46,033 nt of DNA from Chthonomonadaceae bacterium (GTDB lineage: Bacteria; Armatimonadota; Chthonomonadetes; Chthonomonadales; Chthonomonadaceae), in NCBI GenBank assembly GCA_035650735.1, contig DASRGZ010000171.1, positions 1 through 46,033 on the forward strand. Reading direction: 5' to 3'. The notes beneath the pieces were generated by a model that made no database searches, was not told the DNA's origin, and was given only the letters and a program-made list of their open reading frames with translations. Position numbers and translations under genes: made by a program. This document shows, one piece after another, positions 1-9,375 of the stretch. Each line of letters opens with the position of its first letter. Position 1 is the first letter of the stretch.

Positions 1-946
1 CATGATAGGTCAGGATGATGTCGGCTCCGGCGCGCTTAAAGGCGGTCAGGATTTCGTCCACAACGCGCGCTTCGTCGATCCAGCCGTTGCGAGCGGCGGC
101 CTTGACCATGCTGTACTCCCCGGAGACGTTATAGACGGCGAGCGGCGTGTCGAAGTGATCACGCGCTTCCCGCAGAACATCCAAGTACGCCAGCCCCGGC
201 TTGACCATCACGATGTCCGCGCCCTCCTCGATGTCGAGCGCGATCTCGCGCAGGGCCTCGCGGCGGTTGGGCGGGTCCATCTGATAGGTACGCCGGTCGC
301 CGAACTGCGGCGCGCTGTCTGCCGCCTGGCGGAACGGGCCGTAAAAGCCGCTTGCGTACTTGGCGCTATAGGCCATTATCGGCATATTCGGGAAACCATT
401 GGAGTCCAGCGCGGCGCGAATGGCGGTGACCCGTCCATCCATCATGTCCGACGGGGCGACCATGTCCGCTCCCGCTTCAGCATAACAGACGGCGGCGCGG
501 GCCAGAAGTTCAAGCGTGGGATCGTTCGCCACGTCGCCATTCTGGATGACGCCGCAATGGCCGTGCGAGGTGTATTCGCACAAGCACACGTCGGGCACGA
601 TCAGCAACGCATCACCGACCGCTTTCCGAACGGCGCGGATGGCGCGCGGCACGATCCCCTGCTCCGCGTAGCCGCCGCTGCCGACCTCATCCTTCTCCTC
701 CGGGATGCCGAAGAGCATGATGGCGGGCAGACCGAGCGCGGCGGCCTTCTCGGCCTCCCGGCAAAGGTCGTCCACCGTCAGCCGGAAGATGCCCGGCATG
801 GAGGGGATCTCCTTACTCTCCCGCTCGTGCGTGACGAACATGGGATAGAGCAGATCGTTTTTCGTTACTAGCGTTTCCCGCACCAATCGGCGCATCGCCT
901 CACTGCGGCGCAGCCTGCGCGGGCGCTTAATTAGTTCTTGCATCAT
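1..946 (-). CDS. hemB: Porphobilinogen synthase (delta-aminolevulinate dehydratase); 3' end runs off the window
   Basis: Own translation of the minus strand: [25 protein letters not shown]...[14 protein letters not shown]...[10 protein letters not shown]...[14 protein letters not shown]...YQMDP...[10 protein letters not shown]...YNVSGEYSM. Missing from the ORF track because its stop lies outside the window. Confidence 0.97.
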   Translation of the reverse strand, partial: MMQELIKRPRRLRRSEAMRRLVRETLVTKNDLLYPMFVTHERESKEIPSMPGIFRLTVDDLCREAEKAAALGLPAIMLFGIPEEKDEVGSGGYAEQGIVPRAIRAVRKAVGDALLIVPDVCLCEYTSHGHCGVIQNGDVANDPTLELLARAAVCYAEAGADMVAPSDMMDGRVTAIRAALDSNGFPNMPIMAYSAKYASGFYGPFRQAADSAPQFGDRRTYQMDPPNRREALREIALDIEEGADIVMVKPGLAYLDVLREARDHFDTPLAVYNVSGEYSMVKAAARNGWIDEARVVDEILTAFKRAGADIILTYH

Positions 947-1392
947 GCTTTTCCAGCGGAATGTAAATGGCACCCAATCGCGCATCCTCGTCCAGGGAAA
1001 TTCTTGCCCCACCTGGCACTAATATCAGAGTCGGATAGCCGGAGGGCTCTTTAACGGTGAAAGTCAAGCCATTCTCCCGTAGGTAGGCTTGAATGTCGTC
1101 CCGGTGCATGCCCGGCGCAAGCGCCCAATCCTCAATCTTACATATAGATGGCAAGCGCAGTGCGCCCTTCTCCCCCGCCTCCCAAAAGATAGAGGTCAAC
1201 CCCCAGGGGGGCGACTTTGCGAACCAGAGTTCTATACTCCCATACAGATAGATAGATGGTCTGCTATATTGCCGTGAGGTTCCCCCAATGGCGTCGGGCG
1301 CCAAGCAATCTGCGAACCTGCTCTGCCGACATACCGGATCGCAAGTCGCCGAAATTTCCAGTCCTAAGAGCCTCAAGCCAAGAGATATTCAT
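927..1392 (-). pseudogene. Hypothetical protein with apparent frameshift near 1296-1300
   Basis: GGAGAG RBS then ATG at 1392 gives MNISWLEALRTGNFGDLRSGMSAEQVRRLLG, which soon stops. The reading continues in the next frame as APDAIGGTSRQYSRPSIYLYGSIELWF... to the stop at 927. Lower GC than the flanking hem genes. Confidence 0.6.
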
Positions 1393-1448
1393 GCTCTCCC
1401 GTATAACGCATATAAAGTATCAGGCTTACTCTCCACCTTCGGTTCCGC

Positions 1449-3029
1449 TTATGCGGACTGGGAGTGAAAATGTGCCTCCAGCGCTGCGACGAGGCCGGGG
1501 ATGGTGTGCTCCTCGGCGACGATGTGCGGCGTCAGGCCAAGCTCACGCGCCGTCTCCGCCGTGATGGGGCCGATGGCAGCGATCAGGGCGTTCCCGACAA
1601 GCGCCGGAAGCTGCGTCCTATCGCCTTCCGTGATGGCCTGGGCGAAGTTGCGCACCGTAGAGGAGGAGGTAAACGTCAGCACGTCCAGCTCGCCGTGTTG
1701 CAGTTGGGCGCGCAGGCTCTCGGCAGCGGAGGCATCCAGCACCGTCTCGTAGACGAGCAGCACGTCCACCTCCGCGCCCTGCGCGCGCAGCTTCTCCGGC
1801 AGGATCTCGCGGGCCTCGGCGGCGCGCGGCAGCAGCACCCGCTTGCCCTGTATCTCCGCCTCCGGCCACTGCGCGATGACGGCCTCCGCTACCGCCTCCG
1901 TCGGCACGAAGTCGGCGCGCAAAGCCAGTTGCCGGCGCAGGGCTTCCGCCGTCGCCGGGCCGATGGCCGCAATTCTCGTCCTGCCGAACGCCCGCGCGTC
2001 CCTCCCCAGCGCCTCCAGCCGCTCAGCGACGATAGGGACGGAGTTCGCGCTGGTAAAGACGGCCCAATCGTACTCCTGCAAGCGTGCCAGGGCGGCATCC
2101 AGCGCCGCGTTCTCTTCTAATCGCTTTATCTTAATTACGGGAAATTCGACCGGTTCCGCTCCCTTCGACCGCAGCAGATCGGAAAGGGCGCTGGCCTGCT
2201 CGCGCGCCCGCGTCACCAGCACCCGCTTGCCAAACAGAGGCCGTGCCGTCGGGTCGTCAAACCATCGCAGCGTCTCTCGCAGCCGCACGACCTCGCCGAC
2301 GACGCAGACGGCGGGCGGCGTCAGATTGGCCTGCTGCGCCTCGTTCACAATGCTTGCCAGCGTTCCCGTCACCACGCGCTGCCGGGGCCAGGTGCCCCAC
2401 TGCACCAGGGCGACCGGCGTTTCGGGGTCGCGCCCGTGTTCCTGAAGGCGCACGGCGATCTCCGGCAGTGCCTCCACGCCCATCAGAAAGATCAGCGTAT
2501 CGGCGGCGTGGGCGATGGTCGCCCAGTTGCGCCGTCCCTCCGCCGCGCCCGGCTCCCGCGTTCCCGACTCGCGGGCCTCGTCGCGCTCATGGCCGGTGAT
2601 GACGGCAAACGAGGAGGCCCTCTCGCGGTGCGTGACCGGGATTCCTGCATAGGCGGGCGCGGCGATGGCCGATGTGACGCCCGGCACGACCTCGAACGGC
2701 ACGCCTGCCGCCCGGCACGCCTCCGCCTCTTCCCCACCCCGCCCGAACACGAACGGGTCACCGCCTTTCAGACGCGCCACCGACTTCCCCTGTCTGGCCC
2801 GCTCGACCAACAGAACGTTAATATCCGGCTGCTTCATGGCGTGTTGCGCGCTGGCCTTGCCGACATAGATGCGCTCGGCATCGGGCCGGACGTGCTCCAG
2901 CAGCGCCGGGGGGGCCAGCCGGTCGTAGACGACAACATCTGCCGCGCGTAAAAGCTCCAGGCCGCGCGCCGTAATCAGGCCCGGATCGCCAGGCCCCGCC
3001 CCAATAAGATAGACCGTTCCAATCGCCAT
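1449..3029 (-). CDS. cobA: Bifunctional uroporphyrinogen-III C-methyltransferase / uroporphyrinogen-III synthase (CobA-HemD)
   Basis: MAIGTVYLIGAGPGDPGLIT, RLKGGDPFVFGRGGEE and VPGVTSA, followed by a HemD domain (KRVLVTRAREQA, FTSAN, AAIGPATA). Start trimmed to ATG 3029, just after the nadB stop. Confidence 0.95.
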   Translation of the reverse strand: MAIGTVYLIGAGPGDPGLITARGLELLRAADVVVYDRLAPPALLEHVRPDAERIYVGKASAQHAMKQPDINVLLVERARQGKSVARLKGGDPFVFGRGGEEAEACRAAGVPFEVVPGVTSAIAAPAYAGIPVTHRERASSFAVITGHERDEARESGTREPGAAEGRRNWATIAHAADTLIFLMGVEALPEIAVRLQEHGRDPETPVALVQWGTWPRQRVVTGTLASIVNEAQQANLTPPAVCVVGEVVRLRETLRWFDDPTARPLFGKRVLVTRAREQASALSDLLRSKGAEPVEFPVIKIKRLEENAALDAALARLQEYDWAVFTSANSVPIVAERLEALGRDARAFGRTRIAAIGPATAEALRRQLALRADFVPTEAVAEAVIAQWPEAEIQGKRVLLPRAAEAREILPEKLRAQGAEVDVLLVYETVLDASAAESLRAQLQHGELDVLTFTSSSTVRNFAQAITEGDRTQLPALVGNALIAAIGPITAETARELGLTPHIVAEEHTIPGLVAALEAHFHSQSA

Positions 3030-3033
3030 AGGG

Positions 3034-4617
3034 TTAGGTGGTGGGCAGCAATACCGTGTCGTGGCGCTCGCTTTCGACCGGCTCCGGGTAGTCCAGGGTG
3101 AAGTGGAGGCCCCGGCTCTCGTGGCGGTGCAGCGCACATCGGATGATGAGCAGGCCGACCTGGGCGATGTTACGCGCTTCCCAGGCTTCGACGGAGGTTC
3201 CCAGGGCGCCCTCCAGTTGACGGAGCGCCGAGCCGACCGTCTCCTGCGCACGCTGCAACTCTGCGGTCGTGCGCACGATGCCGACGTAGCGCTGCATCGT
3301 CTCCTGAACGGTGGTACGCAGGCGGCCTATCTCTTCTCTGTCGGGAGCGGGCGTCTCCGAAGGGAACGGTAGGGAGACCGCCCGGCCATCGGCAGGCAGC
3401 GCCGCGCTGGCGTGGGCGATGGTGTGCTTTGCCGCACGATAGCCGAAAACCAGCGCTTCCAGCAGCGAGTTGGAGGCAAGGCGGTTGGCGCCGTGGACGC
3501 CTGTACAGGCCACCTCCCCGGCAGCATAGAGGCGGGCGATGTTGGTCGCGCCGTCCAGGTCGGTCACGATGCCGCCGCACTGGTAGTGCTGGGCGGGCGT
3601 GACGGGAATGGGCTGGCGCGTGATGTCAATGCCCACGCTCAGGCAGCGCTCGTAGACGGTCGGGAAGTGGCTTTTGAGCAGTTCGGGGTCGAGATGAGTC
3701 ACGTCCAGATAGACGCAGGGCGCGTTGCGCCGCTTCATCTCGCTGACAATGGCGCGGGCCACGATGTCGCGCGGGGCCAGTTCCGCCAGCTTATGGTAGC
3801 GGGACATGAACGCCTCGCCGTCGGCGTGCCGCAGGATGCCGCCCTCGCCGCGCAGCGCCTCGGTGATCAGGAAGGCGCGGGCTTCCGGGTGATAGAGCGT
3901 GGTCGGATGGAACTGGATGAACTCCATGTTCGCCATCACCGCGCCCGCCCGCCAGGCCATCGCCACGCCGTCGCCGGTGGCGACCAGCGGGTTCGTCGTG
4001 TGCAGGTAGACGTGACCGCAGCCTCCCGTCGCCAGAAGCGTCGCCTTCGCATGAAACGTTATTTGCTCGTCGGTCTCGGCGTTGAGCGCGTAGGCGCCCG
4101 TGCAGGCCCGGCCCTGCGGCGTCTCTTGCAGGATTAGATCGGTAACGAAGAAATGCTCATAGACCCTGATCTCAGGGCGGGACTTGACCGCTTCCAGCAG
4201 CGTCCGCTCACACTCCCAGCCAGTATAATCGGCGGTATGGACGATGCGGTTGCGCGAATGGCCGCCCTCCCGTCCCAGCGCGAGCACGACCTTTCCCGTC
4301 TCGTCCACCTCCGTATTGAACTGCGCGCCGAGCCGTATCAGGTCGAGGATACGCTCCGGCCCCTCCCGCACCAGCACCTCGACGGCGTCCTCGTGGCACA
4401 GGCCCGCGCCCGCGACGAGCGTATCCTGCTTGTGCAGCTCAAAGGAGTCGTCTTCGGCCAGCGCGCCCGCGATGCCGCCCTGCGCCCAACTGCTGTTGGC
4501 GTCGGCGCGCGTCTTTTTCGTCAACAGCGCCACTGAGCCGTAGGGCGCGACGTTGAGGGCATAGGTCAGCCCGGCCAGGCCGCTGCCGATAACGAGGAAG
4601 TCCACCTCGACATTCAT
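3034..4617 (-). CDS. nadB: L-aspartate oxidase
   Basis: GSGLAG FAD motif, SSWAQGGIA, REGGHSRNRIVH, EFIQFHPT, LITEALRGEG, ELAPRDIVARAI, HYQCGG, GVHGANRLASNSLLE, ESRGLH. Confidence 0.96.
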   Translation of the reverse strand: MNVEVDFLVIGSGLAGLTYALNVAPYGSVALLTKKTRADANSSWAQGGIAGALAEDDSFELHKQDTLVAGAGLCHEDAVEVLVREGPERILDLIRLGAQFNTEVDETGKVVLALGREGGHSRNRIVHTADYTGWECERTLLEAVKSRPEIRVYEHFFVTDLILQETPQGRACTGAYALNAETDEQITFHAKATLLATGGCGHVYLHTTNPLVATGDGVAMAWRAGAVMANMEFIQFHPTTLYHPEARAFLITEALRGEGGILRHADGEAFMSRYHKLAELAPRDIVARAIVSEMKRRNAPCVYLDVTHLDPELLKSHFPTVYERCLSVGIDITRQPIPVTPAQHYQCGGIVTDLDGATNIARLYAAGEVACTGVHGANRLASNSLLEALVFGYRAAKHTIAHASAALPADGRAVSLPFPSETPAPDREEIGRLRTTVQETMQRYVGIVRTTAELQRAQETVGSALRQLEGALGTSVEAWEARNIAQVGLLIIRCALHRHESRGLHFTLDYPEPVESERHDTVLLPTT

Positions 4618-4627
4618 GCGTGACGAT

Positions 4628-5554
4628 CTATCCTTTCAACAAGGCTTCTCCGCCCATGCGGAGCAGGCGCGCGGCCAGTTCCGCGCCGATTTGCCCCGCC
4701 CTGGCGCGATGTCCCGTCGCCTCACTGCGCAGCACGCTCGAGCCGTCCGGGGCGGCGATCATGCCGCGGATAAGGACCGCGTTGCCCCGCACGGCAGCCA
4801 GCGCGCCCGCCGGAACGGAGCATCCGCCGTTGAGCGCCGCCAGAAACCCGCGCTCGGCGGCGACGGCGTCGGCGGTATCCGGGTCGTGCAGGGGCGCGAG
4901 CAATGCACGCGTTTTCGTATCGCCCTGGCGCGTCTCCAGCGCCAGCGCGCCCTGCCCCACCGCCGGCATGCAGAGGTTGGGGTCCAGCCGCTCGGAGATG
5001 CGCCCTTCCAGCCCCAGTCGGTTCAGCCCGGCGCAGGCCAGCATAATTGCATCGTACTCTCCCGCGTCCAGCTTGCGCAGGCGCGTATCCAGATTGCCCC
5101 GCAGCGTTACCAGCCGGAAATCCGGGCGGTGAGCGAGCAACTGGGCCTGCCGACGCAGGCTGCTCGTCCCAATGACGGCCTCCGGCGGCAGATCGACCAG
5201 CGTCTTTCCGCCGCGGGTCAGCAGGGCGTCGCGCGGGTCTTCGCGCGGAGGAACGCAGGCCAGTTCCAGGCCCTCCGGCAGTTCGCCGGGCATGTCCTTG
5301 AGGCTATGGACGCCCAGATCGATCTCGCCCGCCAGCAATGCCTGCTCGATCTCCGTGACGAACATGCCTTTGGCGCCGACCTGGGTGAACGGCACGTCGC
5401 GCCGCAGGTCGCCGGTCGTCTGGATGGTCACCAGGACCACCTCTAGCTCCGGGTGCGCCTCCCGCAGCCGCTCCACCACCTGTTCCGTCTGCGCGCGCGC
5501 CAATAGACTCCCGCGCGTCCCTACCCGCAATGGTTGTCGCCGTTCCCTGCTCAT
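4628..5554 (-). CDS. hemC: Hydroxymethylbilane synthase (porphobilinogen deaminase)
   Basis: GTRGSLLARAQ, KGMFVTEIE, VHSLKDMP, GTSSLRR, RGNLDTRL, PAVGQGAL, GGCSVP. AAGGAAGG RBS before ATG 5554. Confidence 0.96.
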   Translation of the reverse strand: MSRERRQPLRVGTRGSLLARAQTEQVVERLREAHPELEVVLVTIQTTGDLRRDVPFTQVGAKGMFVTEIEQALLAGEIDLGVHSLKDMPGELPEGLELACVPPREDPRDALLTRGGKTLVDLPPEAVIGTSSLRRQAQLLAHRPDFRLVTLRGNLDTRLRKLDAGEYDAIMLACAGLNRLGLEGRISERLDPNLCMPAVGQGALALETRQGDTKTRALLAPLHDPDTADAVAAERGFLAALNGGCSVPAGALAAVRGNAVLIRGMIAAPDGSSVLRSEATGHRARAGQIGAELAARLLRMGGEALLKG

Positions 5555-5660
5555 GCGATTTCCTTCCTTACTACGTTGAGTATACCTGAAATTGCCGTTC
5601 GGCCTTACCCCAACAGGACCGCGCAGTAGGGCCAATGCCTTTGAATTGATGCGACAATAG

Positions 5661-5888
5661 CCCTCACCCCCGGCCCCTACTGCAAGGGTCGGGCCTCAAC
5701 GGTTCGGCCCTCCGCCGACCTCCACCGATCAGGCCCTCGGCAGGCACCGGATCTTGCTGCATCGTCGGGCCTCAACTGTGCGGTTTCGGCGGAAACTCAC
5801 GAGGATAGGGCATACCGGATCTTGCTGCATCGTCGGGCCTCAACGGTTCGGCCCTCCGCCTTGCGATCCACGCTGCGGGAGAGGGGAG
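5661..5888. repeat. REP-like hairpin (CCCTCACCCCCGGCCCCT...GGGAGAGGGG) interrupted by an ACTGCAAGGG...CCTTGCGA unit carrying internal direct repeats
   Basis: Left end at 5679, right end at 5866. 29-bp direct repeat at 5688-5716 and 5832-5860; 31-bp direct repeat at 5746-5776 and 5814-5844. Confidence 0.75.
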
Positions 5889-5960
5889 AGGCGTTCTCAT
5901 GCGAGAGGGTGCGCCCCGCGCAGGGAGGACTGGTTAGAAAGCCTTCGCAAAAATAGGGGA

Positions 5961-5989
5961 TTGTCACGGAGGGGCGGATGGTTTATACT
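5961..5989 (+). promoter_or_regulatory. Sigma70-type promoter upstream of the small peptide gene
   Basis: TTGTCA-17 bp-TATACT. Confidence 0.65.
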
Positions 5990-6012
5990 TTGCGTGGGTA
6001 GAGGAGGGACAG

Positions 6013-6045
6013 AAAAAAGAGAGCGAGACTGCCATCTCGCTCTCT
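6013..6045 (-). terminator. Intrinsic terminator on the minus strand (candidate end of an antisense RNA)
   Basis: Minus strand reads AGAGAGCGAGA-TGGCAG-TCTCGCTCTCT followed by a T run. Confidence 0.55.
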
Positions 6046-6163
6046 CTGTCAACTTCTGCCTTGCACGGCAGGTCCTGGCGCGCCTGGCGTGTAGCCTAGC
6101 GGGGTCTGTGTTCTGAGCACAGACCCCGCCCTGCGCCAAAACTAAAGGAAGGAGGAAGCAGCT

Positions 6164-6268
6164 ATGGAGCTAGCATACCTGCTCCTCGGCATCGTGTTCT
6201 ACACGATGGGCATTGCCTACTACGCATATGCGTGGTATCGCATACTGCGCAAAGAGCGCAATATCTAG
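6164..6268 (+). CDS. 34-aa single-TM peptide, candidate type I toxin (MELAYLLLGIVFYTMGIAYYAYAWYRILRKERNI)
   Basis: Strong AAGGAAGGAGG RBS, hydrophobic helix with basic C-tail, downstream hairpin at 6286-6320. Below the ORF-track length cutoff. Confidence 0.7.
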   Translation: MELAYLLLGIVFYTMGIAYYAYAWYRILRKERNI

Positions 6269-6387
6269 GGGCTAAGGTCCCTGCCACAGCCTCGCCGGAA
6301 ATCTACTCCGGTAGGGCTGTCTTTCATTTAGCCCGTGCTTTGTTAGACGTGTAGTTTGCCCATCGGGTTTCTACACGACACATAGTT

Positions 6388-6416
6388 ATTTTAGCACTCC
6401 GCAACCATTTTGACAA
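6388..6416 (-). promoter_or_regulatory. Convergent sigma70-type promoter (candidate antisense RNA promoter)
   Basis: Minus strand TTGTCA-17 bp-TAAAAT with an extended -10 TG. No sizeable ORF downstream on that strand. Confidence 0.6.
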
Positions 6417-6542
6417 GAGCGAAGAACTCTATTTTCTCCGAATCTCTTCCGTTTTGGAAGTGGCGCCTCCAGCAAGTTCGCTGCCCTTTCATGACGGTGC
6501 CTTTCCCGCCCACGTAGGTGGGCGGCAGGCCGCAGGCCCCAC

Positions 6543-6565
6543 AGCGGCAGGGTTTAGCCTGCCGC
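6543..6565. repeat. REP-like hairpin family A (GCGGCAGGCTAAACCCTGCCGCT), reverse copy
   Basis: Same motif at 18647, 26211, 26338 and 45870. Confidence 0.85.
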
Positions 6566-6579
6566 AAACCAGAGCCGCC

Positions 6580-7716
6580 TTACCGCCGATGCTTGTCGGG
6601 AACGACAACCGTGAGCGTCAGGTCGGCGCGGTTGCGGCTGACGACCAGCAGCGGGTTATAGAGGTAGGGCTTCTTGAGGTCCCAGAGGCCCGCGCCTTCG
6701 ATGGCGCGCTCGGTATCCGGGCGGCGTCCGGGCGCGGTGCTCTGCGCGGCATAGGCTAGAATGCTGATGACCTGATCATCGCGCGGGAACCGCTTATCCA
6801 CCTCAAACTCGGCCTCGAAAAGTCCGTCGCCAATCGGCATGAGCTGCCAGGTCTGCCCGGTGCGATTGTTGCGGGCTACGACGACCACATAGACGGGCGG
6901 ATCGGGCGGCAGCGGAAACTTCGCCACGATGCGCACGCGCTGCCCCGGCTCCGCCAGGCTCGGCTCCAGCCGCGCTGCCGTGAAGCGCATATACCGGGCT
7001 TCGACCGCCGAAGGCTTCTCCGAGTCGACCGACGAGAGGCAGACGGGATCGAGCCAAGCCGCCAGCGTGCGCTGCTGCTTGCCGCCCGCTTTGAAGACCT
7101 CCTGCTGTACCCAGTAGACGCGGGCGACGCCGACCATATCATTGCTGCCGCGCGTCACCACCTTCATCAGCAGCGCGCCCGGCTGCTTGCGCTCCTCCTG
7201 CGGGGTCGGCTTTTTCTCGCGCGGCGACACCGCAAAGAGCAGTTGATCCGCCACGGCCCCGCCCGCCATGATCTCGCCTTTGGTCAGCGGGTCGGCAAAG
7301 TTGGATGCCTGGCTGGAAGTGATGGCGTGCACCCCGGCCCGCAGCGGGTTGGCGACGAAGCCTACCGCGCCGCCCACGAAGCGCGTAATGCCGCCGAAGA
7401 CCTCCGTGAAAAAGCCCTTCCCGCGCTTCTCCAGGTGGAGAACGCGCCTGGGCACAGCCAGCGCATAGTCGCCGTTCTTATCCGTGCGGGCGTAGTCCAC
7501 GACCTTGTTGGAGTCGTCATAGACGGCGACCAGCGCCCCCGCCAGCGGTCGGTTGTCCGCGCCGACGACGTGGCCCGTGACCCAGACCAGATCCTCAGCC
7601 CGCGCCGGCCCTTGCCCGCCGATAGCCAGCAACGCCAGCAGCAGCACCAGCGCCCATGTGCTGCCGGGCTTTAAGGTTGCTCTTCTGCTGGCTCTGTCCT
7701 CCCGTGCGCCAGACAT
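6580..7716 (-). CDS. Secreted protein with a carboxypeptidase-regulatory-like (Ig-fold) N-terminal domain
   Basis: Signal peptide (LVLLLALLAIGG..ARA), VTGHVVGADNRPLAGALVAVY...TDKNGDY. AAGGAG RBS before ATG 7716. Confidence 0.75.
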   Translation of the reverse strand: MSGAREDRASRRATLKPGSTWALVLLLALLAIGGQGPARAEDLVWVTGHVVGADNRPLAGALVAVYDDSNKVVDYARTDKNGDYALAVPRRVLHLEKRGKGFFTEVFGGITRFVGGAVGFVANPLRAGVHAITSSQASNFADPLTKGEIMAGGAVADQLLFAVSPREKKPTPQEERKQPGALLMKVVTRGSNDMVGVARVYWVQQEVFKAGGKQQRTLAAWLDPVCLSSVDSEKPSAVEARYMRFTAARLEPSLAEPGQRVRIVAKFPLPPDPPVYVVVVARNNRTGQTWQLMPIGDGLFEAEFEVDKRFPRDDQVISILAYAAQSTAPGRRPDTERAIEGAGLWDLKKPYLYNPLLVVSRNRADLTLTVVVPDKHRR

Positions 7717-7881
7717 CTCCTCTTCTCCTTTGACCGATGACTCTGTGCGCGCGCCGCCTCCGGGGATGCTGCCCGAAGGGTCAGGGAGTGTCGAACCCGT
7801 TGCAAGCAGGTTGGCGCCTTGACTACGTAGAACCGCACTTACCTGCAAGGTGCTTGCCACTCCCAGGGGCTACGCGCAAGT

Positions 7882-9186
7882 TTATTTCCAGGCCTCGCTA
7901 CTCTTGTCATCCAGCTTTTGCCGCAGGTTATCCATGCCCGCCACGCGCGTGATCTTATTGCTGGGCGAGATGATAAAGAAGGTGGGCGTCATGGAGGCGC
8001 CGCCGGCGGTGGCGGCCATGCGATCCTGGTTGACTCGCTGCATGTACTTGGGGTTCTGCATGTCAGCCTCCAGGCGCTTGACATCAATGCCGGCAACCGA
8101 GGCTCCCTTGAGGAACTCCTTCGGCGAGAAATCTGGCATTTCCGTCTGCGTCTGGTGATCATAGATATAGTCGTGCATCTGCCAGAACTTGCCCTGCCCC
8201 TCCGCCGCTTCGGCGGCTACCGCCAACTGCGTCGAATACTCATGCATGGGCAGCGGCAGGTTGCGGAAGGCCAGCCGGACCTTGCCTTTGTACATGGAAA
8301 GGAAGTCGTCTATATGGTCGTGGACGTTCTTGCAGCTCGGGCACTGGTAGTCGGCGAACTCGACGACCAGGATGGGAGACTTGGGGTCGCCCCGGAGATG
8401 CATGCCCGCCGGCGCGATCAGCTCGCGCAGCGTCGTCGGCATACGCACGGCGCCTTCCCGCATGTTCTTCTGGACTTTACCCCATTGATCGGCGATCTGC
8501 GGCATGGCCATGAAGGCAAACAGGATAGCGATGAAGGCGCAGACGCCGGCCAGCATCTTTTGCTCTCCGGTCAGTTGGCGGCCATCCAGCCAGTAGTCCC
8601 GGGAGGCCAGCAGAAAGATCAGCGTGATAAGGATCGCAGAAGAGAAGCAGTAGGGACAGAAGCTAAAGAGAACGAAGAAGGCCACATATTGCAGCCACCA
8701 GGAGATCGCCACGCCTGCCAGCGACAGCCACCAGATCGCGCCATCCAGCCGGTTCAGGGCGGCGCGCTCGGCAAGCGGCTCTCCCACCTTTCCGTCGGTT
8801 CCCCGCATGGTCGAATCGGAGCGGCCCGGCGTGGGGGGCAATTCCGCCTCCGCGTCGGCGGCAGCCGGGGCTTCCGGGGCGATCCCGGCTGTGGCGTAGG
8901 CGGCAGCACGGGCGGCTTCGGCCTCCCGCAGCGCCTGCAGCCGGTTGCGGCGGACCAGACAGAGCGCGACCAGCGCCAGGTACATCAGCAATCCGAACGT
9001 CGCCGTCGGGATCGGCCCGATATGGCCGTAGGTGCTTCCGAGGGCGCCCTTACATCCCCCGCCCACGGCGCCGCAGGGCAGGCTAAAATCGGGGCGGAAG
9101 TGCTCGTAGGTTAACAGAGAGGCCACGATGACGCCGGCGCCCGCCAATCCTAGCGTCACGTAATTGGAAAGAGATCGAGTATTCAT
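7882..9186 (-). CDS. VKOR-family membrane oxidoreductase fused to a DsbA-like thioredoxin domain
   Basis: VKOR loop cysteines (PCGAVGGGC..S.Y) and CPYC; C-terminal VEFADYQCPSC, FRNLPLPMH, GKFWQMHD and TPTFF. Confidence 0.9.
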   Translation of the reverse strand: MNTRSLSNYVTLGLAGAGVIVASLLTYEHFRPDFSLPCGAVGGGCKGALGSTYGHIGPIPTATFGLLMYLALVALCLVRRNRLQALREAEAARAAAYATAGIAPEAPAAADAEAELPPTPGRSDSTMRGTDGKVGEPLAERAALNRLDGAIWWLSLAGVAISWWLQYVAFFVLFSFCPYCFSSAILITLIFLLASRDYWLDGRQLTGEQKMLAGVCAFIAILFAFMAMPQIADQWGKVQKNMREGAVRMPTTLRELIAPAGMHLRGDPKSPILVVEFADYQCPSCKNVHDHIDDFLSMYKGKVRLAFRNLPLPMHEYSTQLAVAAEAAEGQGKFWQMHDYIYDHQTQTEMPDFSPKEFLKGASVAGIDVKRLEADMQNPKYMQRVNQDRMAATAGGASMTPTFFIISPSNKITRVAGMDNLRQKLDDKSSEAWK

Positions 9187-9375
9187 GGTGGTATTATACA
9201 GTAACCTGCCTCAAACCGCAACAGGGCCTGGCCGCGCGGCCAGGCAGGAGGCGGAGAAACGGCGCGGGCGGACCGCTTGCGGCCATCGCTCGCACCCTCC
9301 AGAGCAACAAGGAAGAGAAATACGCGGAAATCCACGGGAGGAAAAGCGCGGCGAACAACATTTCGGAACATATCG

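Noticed and set aside
2..871. 289-aa plus-strand ORF
   Set aside because: Antisense shadow of hemB, whose motifs are all on the minus strand. The other long antisense ORFs (7918-9114, 24691-25887, 34086-35024, 41068-42246) are likewise high-GC shadows.
3030..3251. N-terminal extension of cobA in the ORF track
   Set aside because: Overlaps the nadB 3' end; the conserved CobA start is ATG 3029.
5746..5844. Bona fide CRISPR array
   Set aside because: Only two repeats, no leader, no cas genes, and embedded in a REP/micro-element. Kept as a finding under another interpretation.
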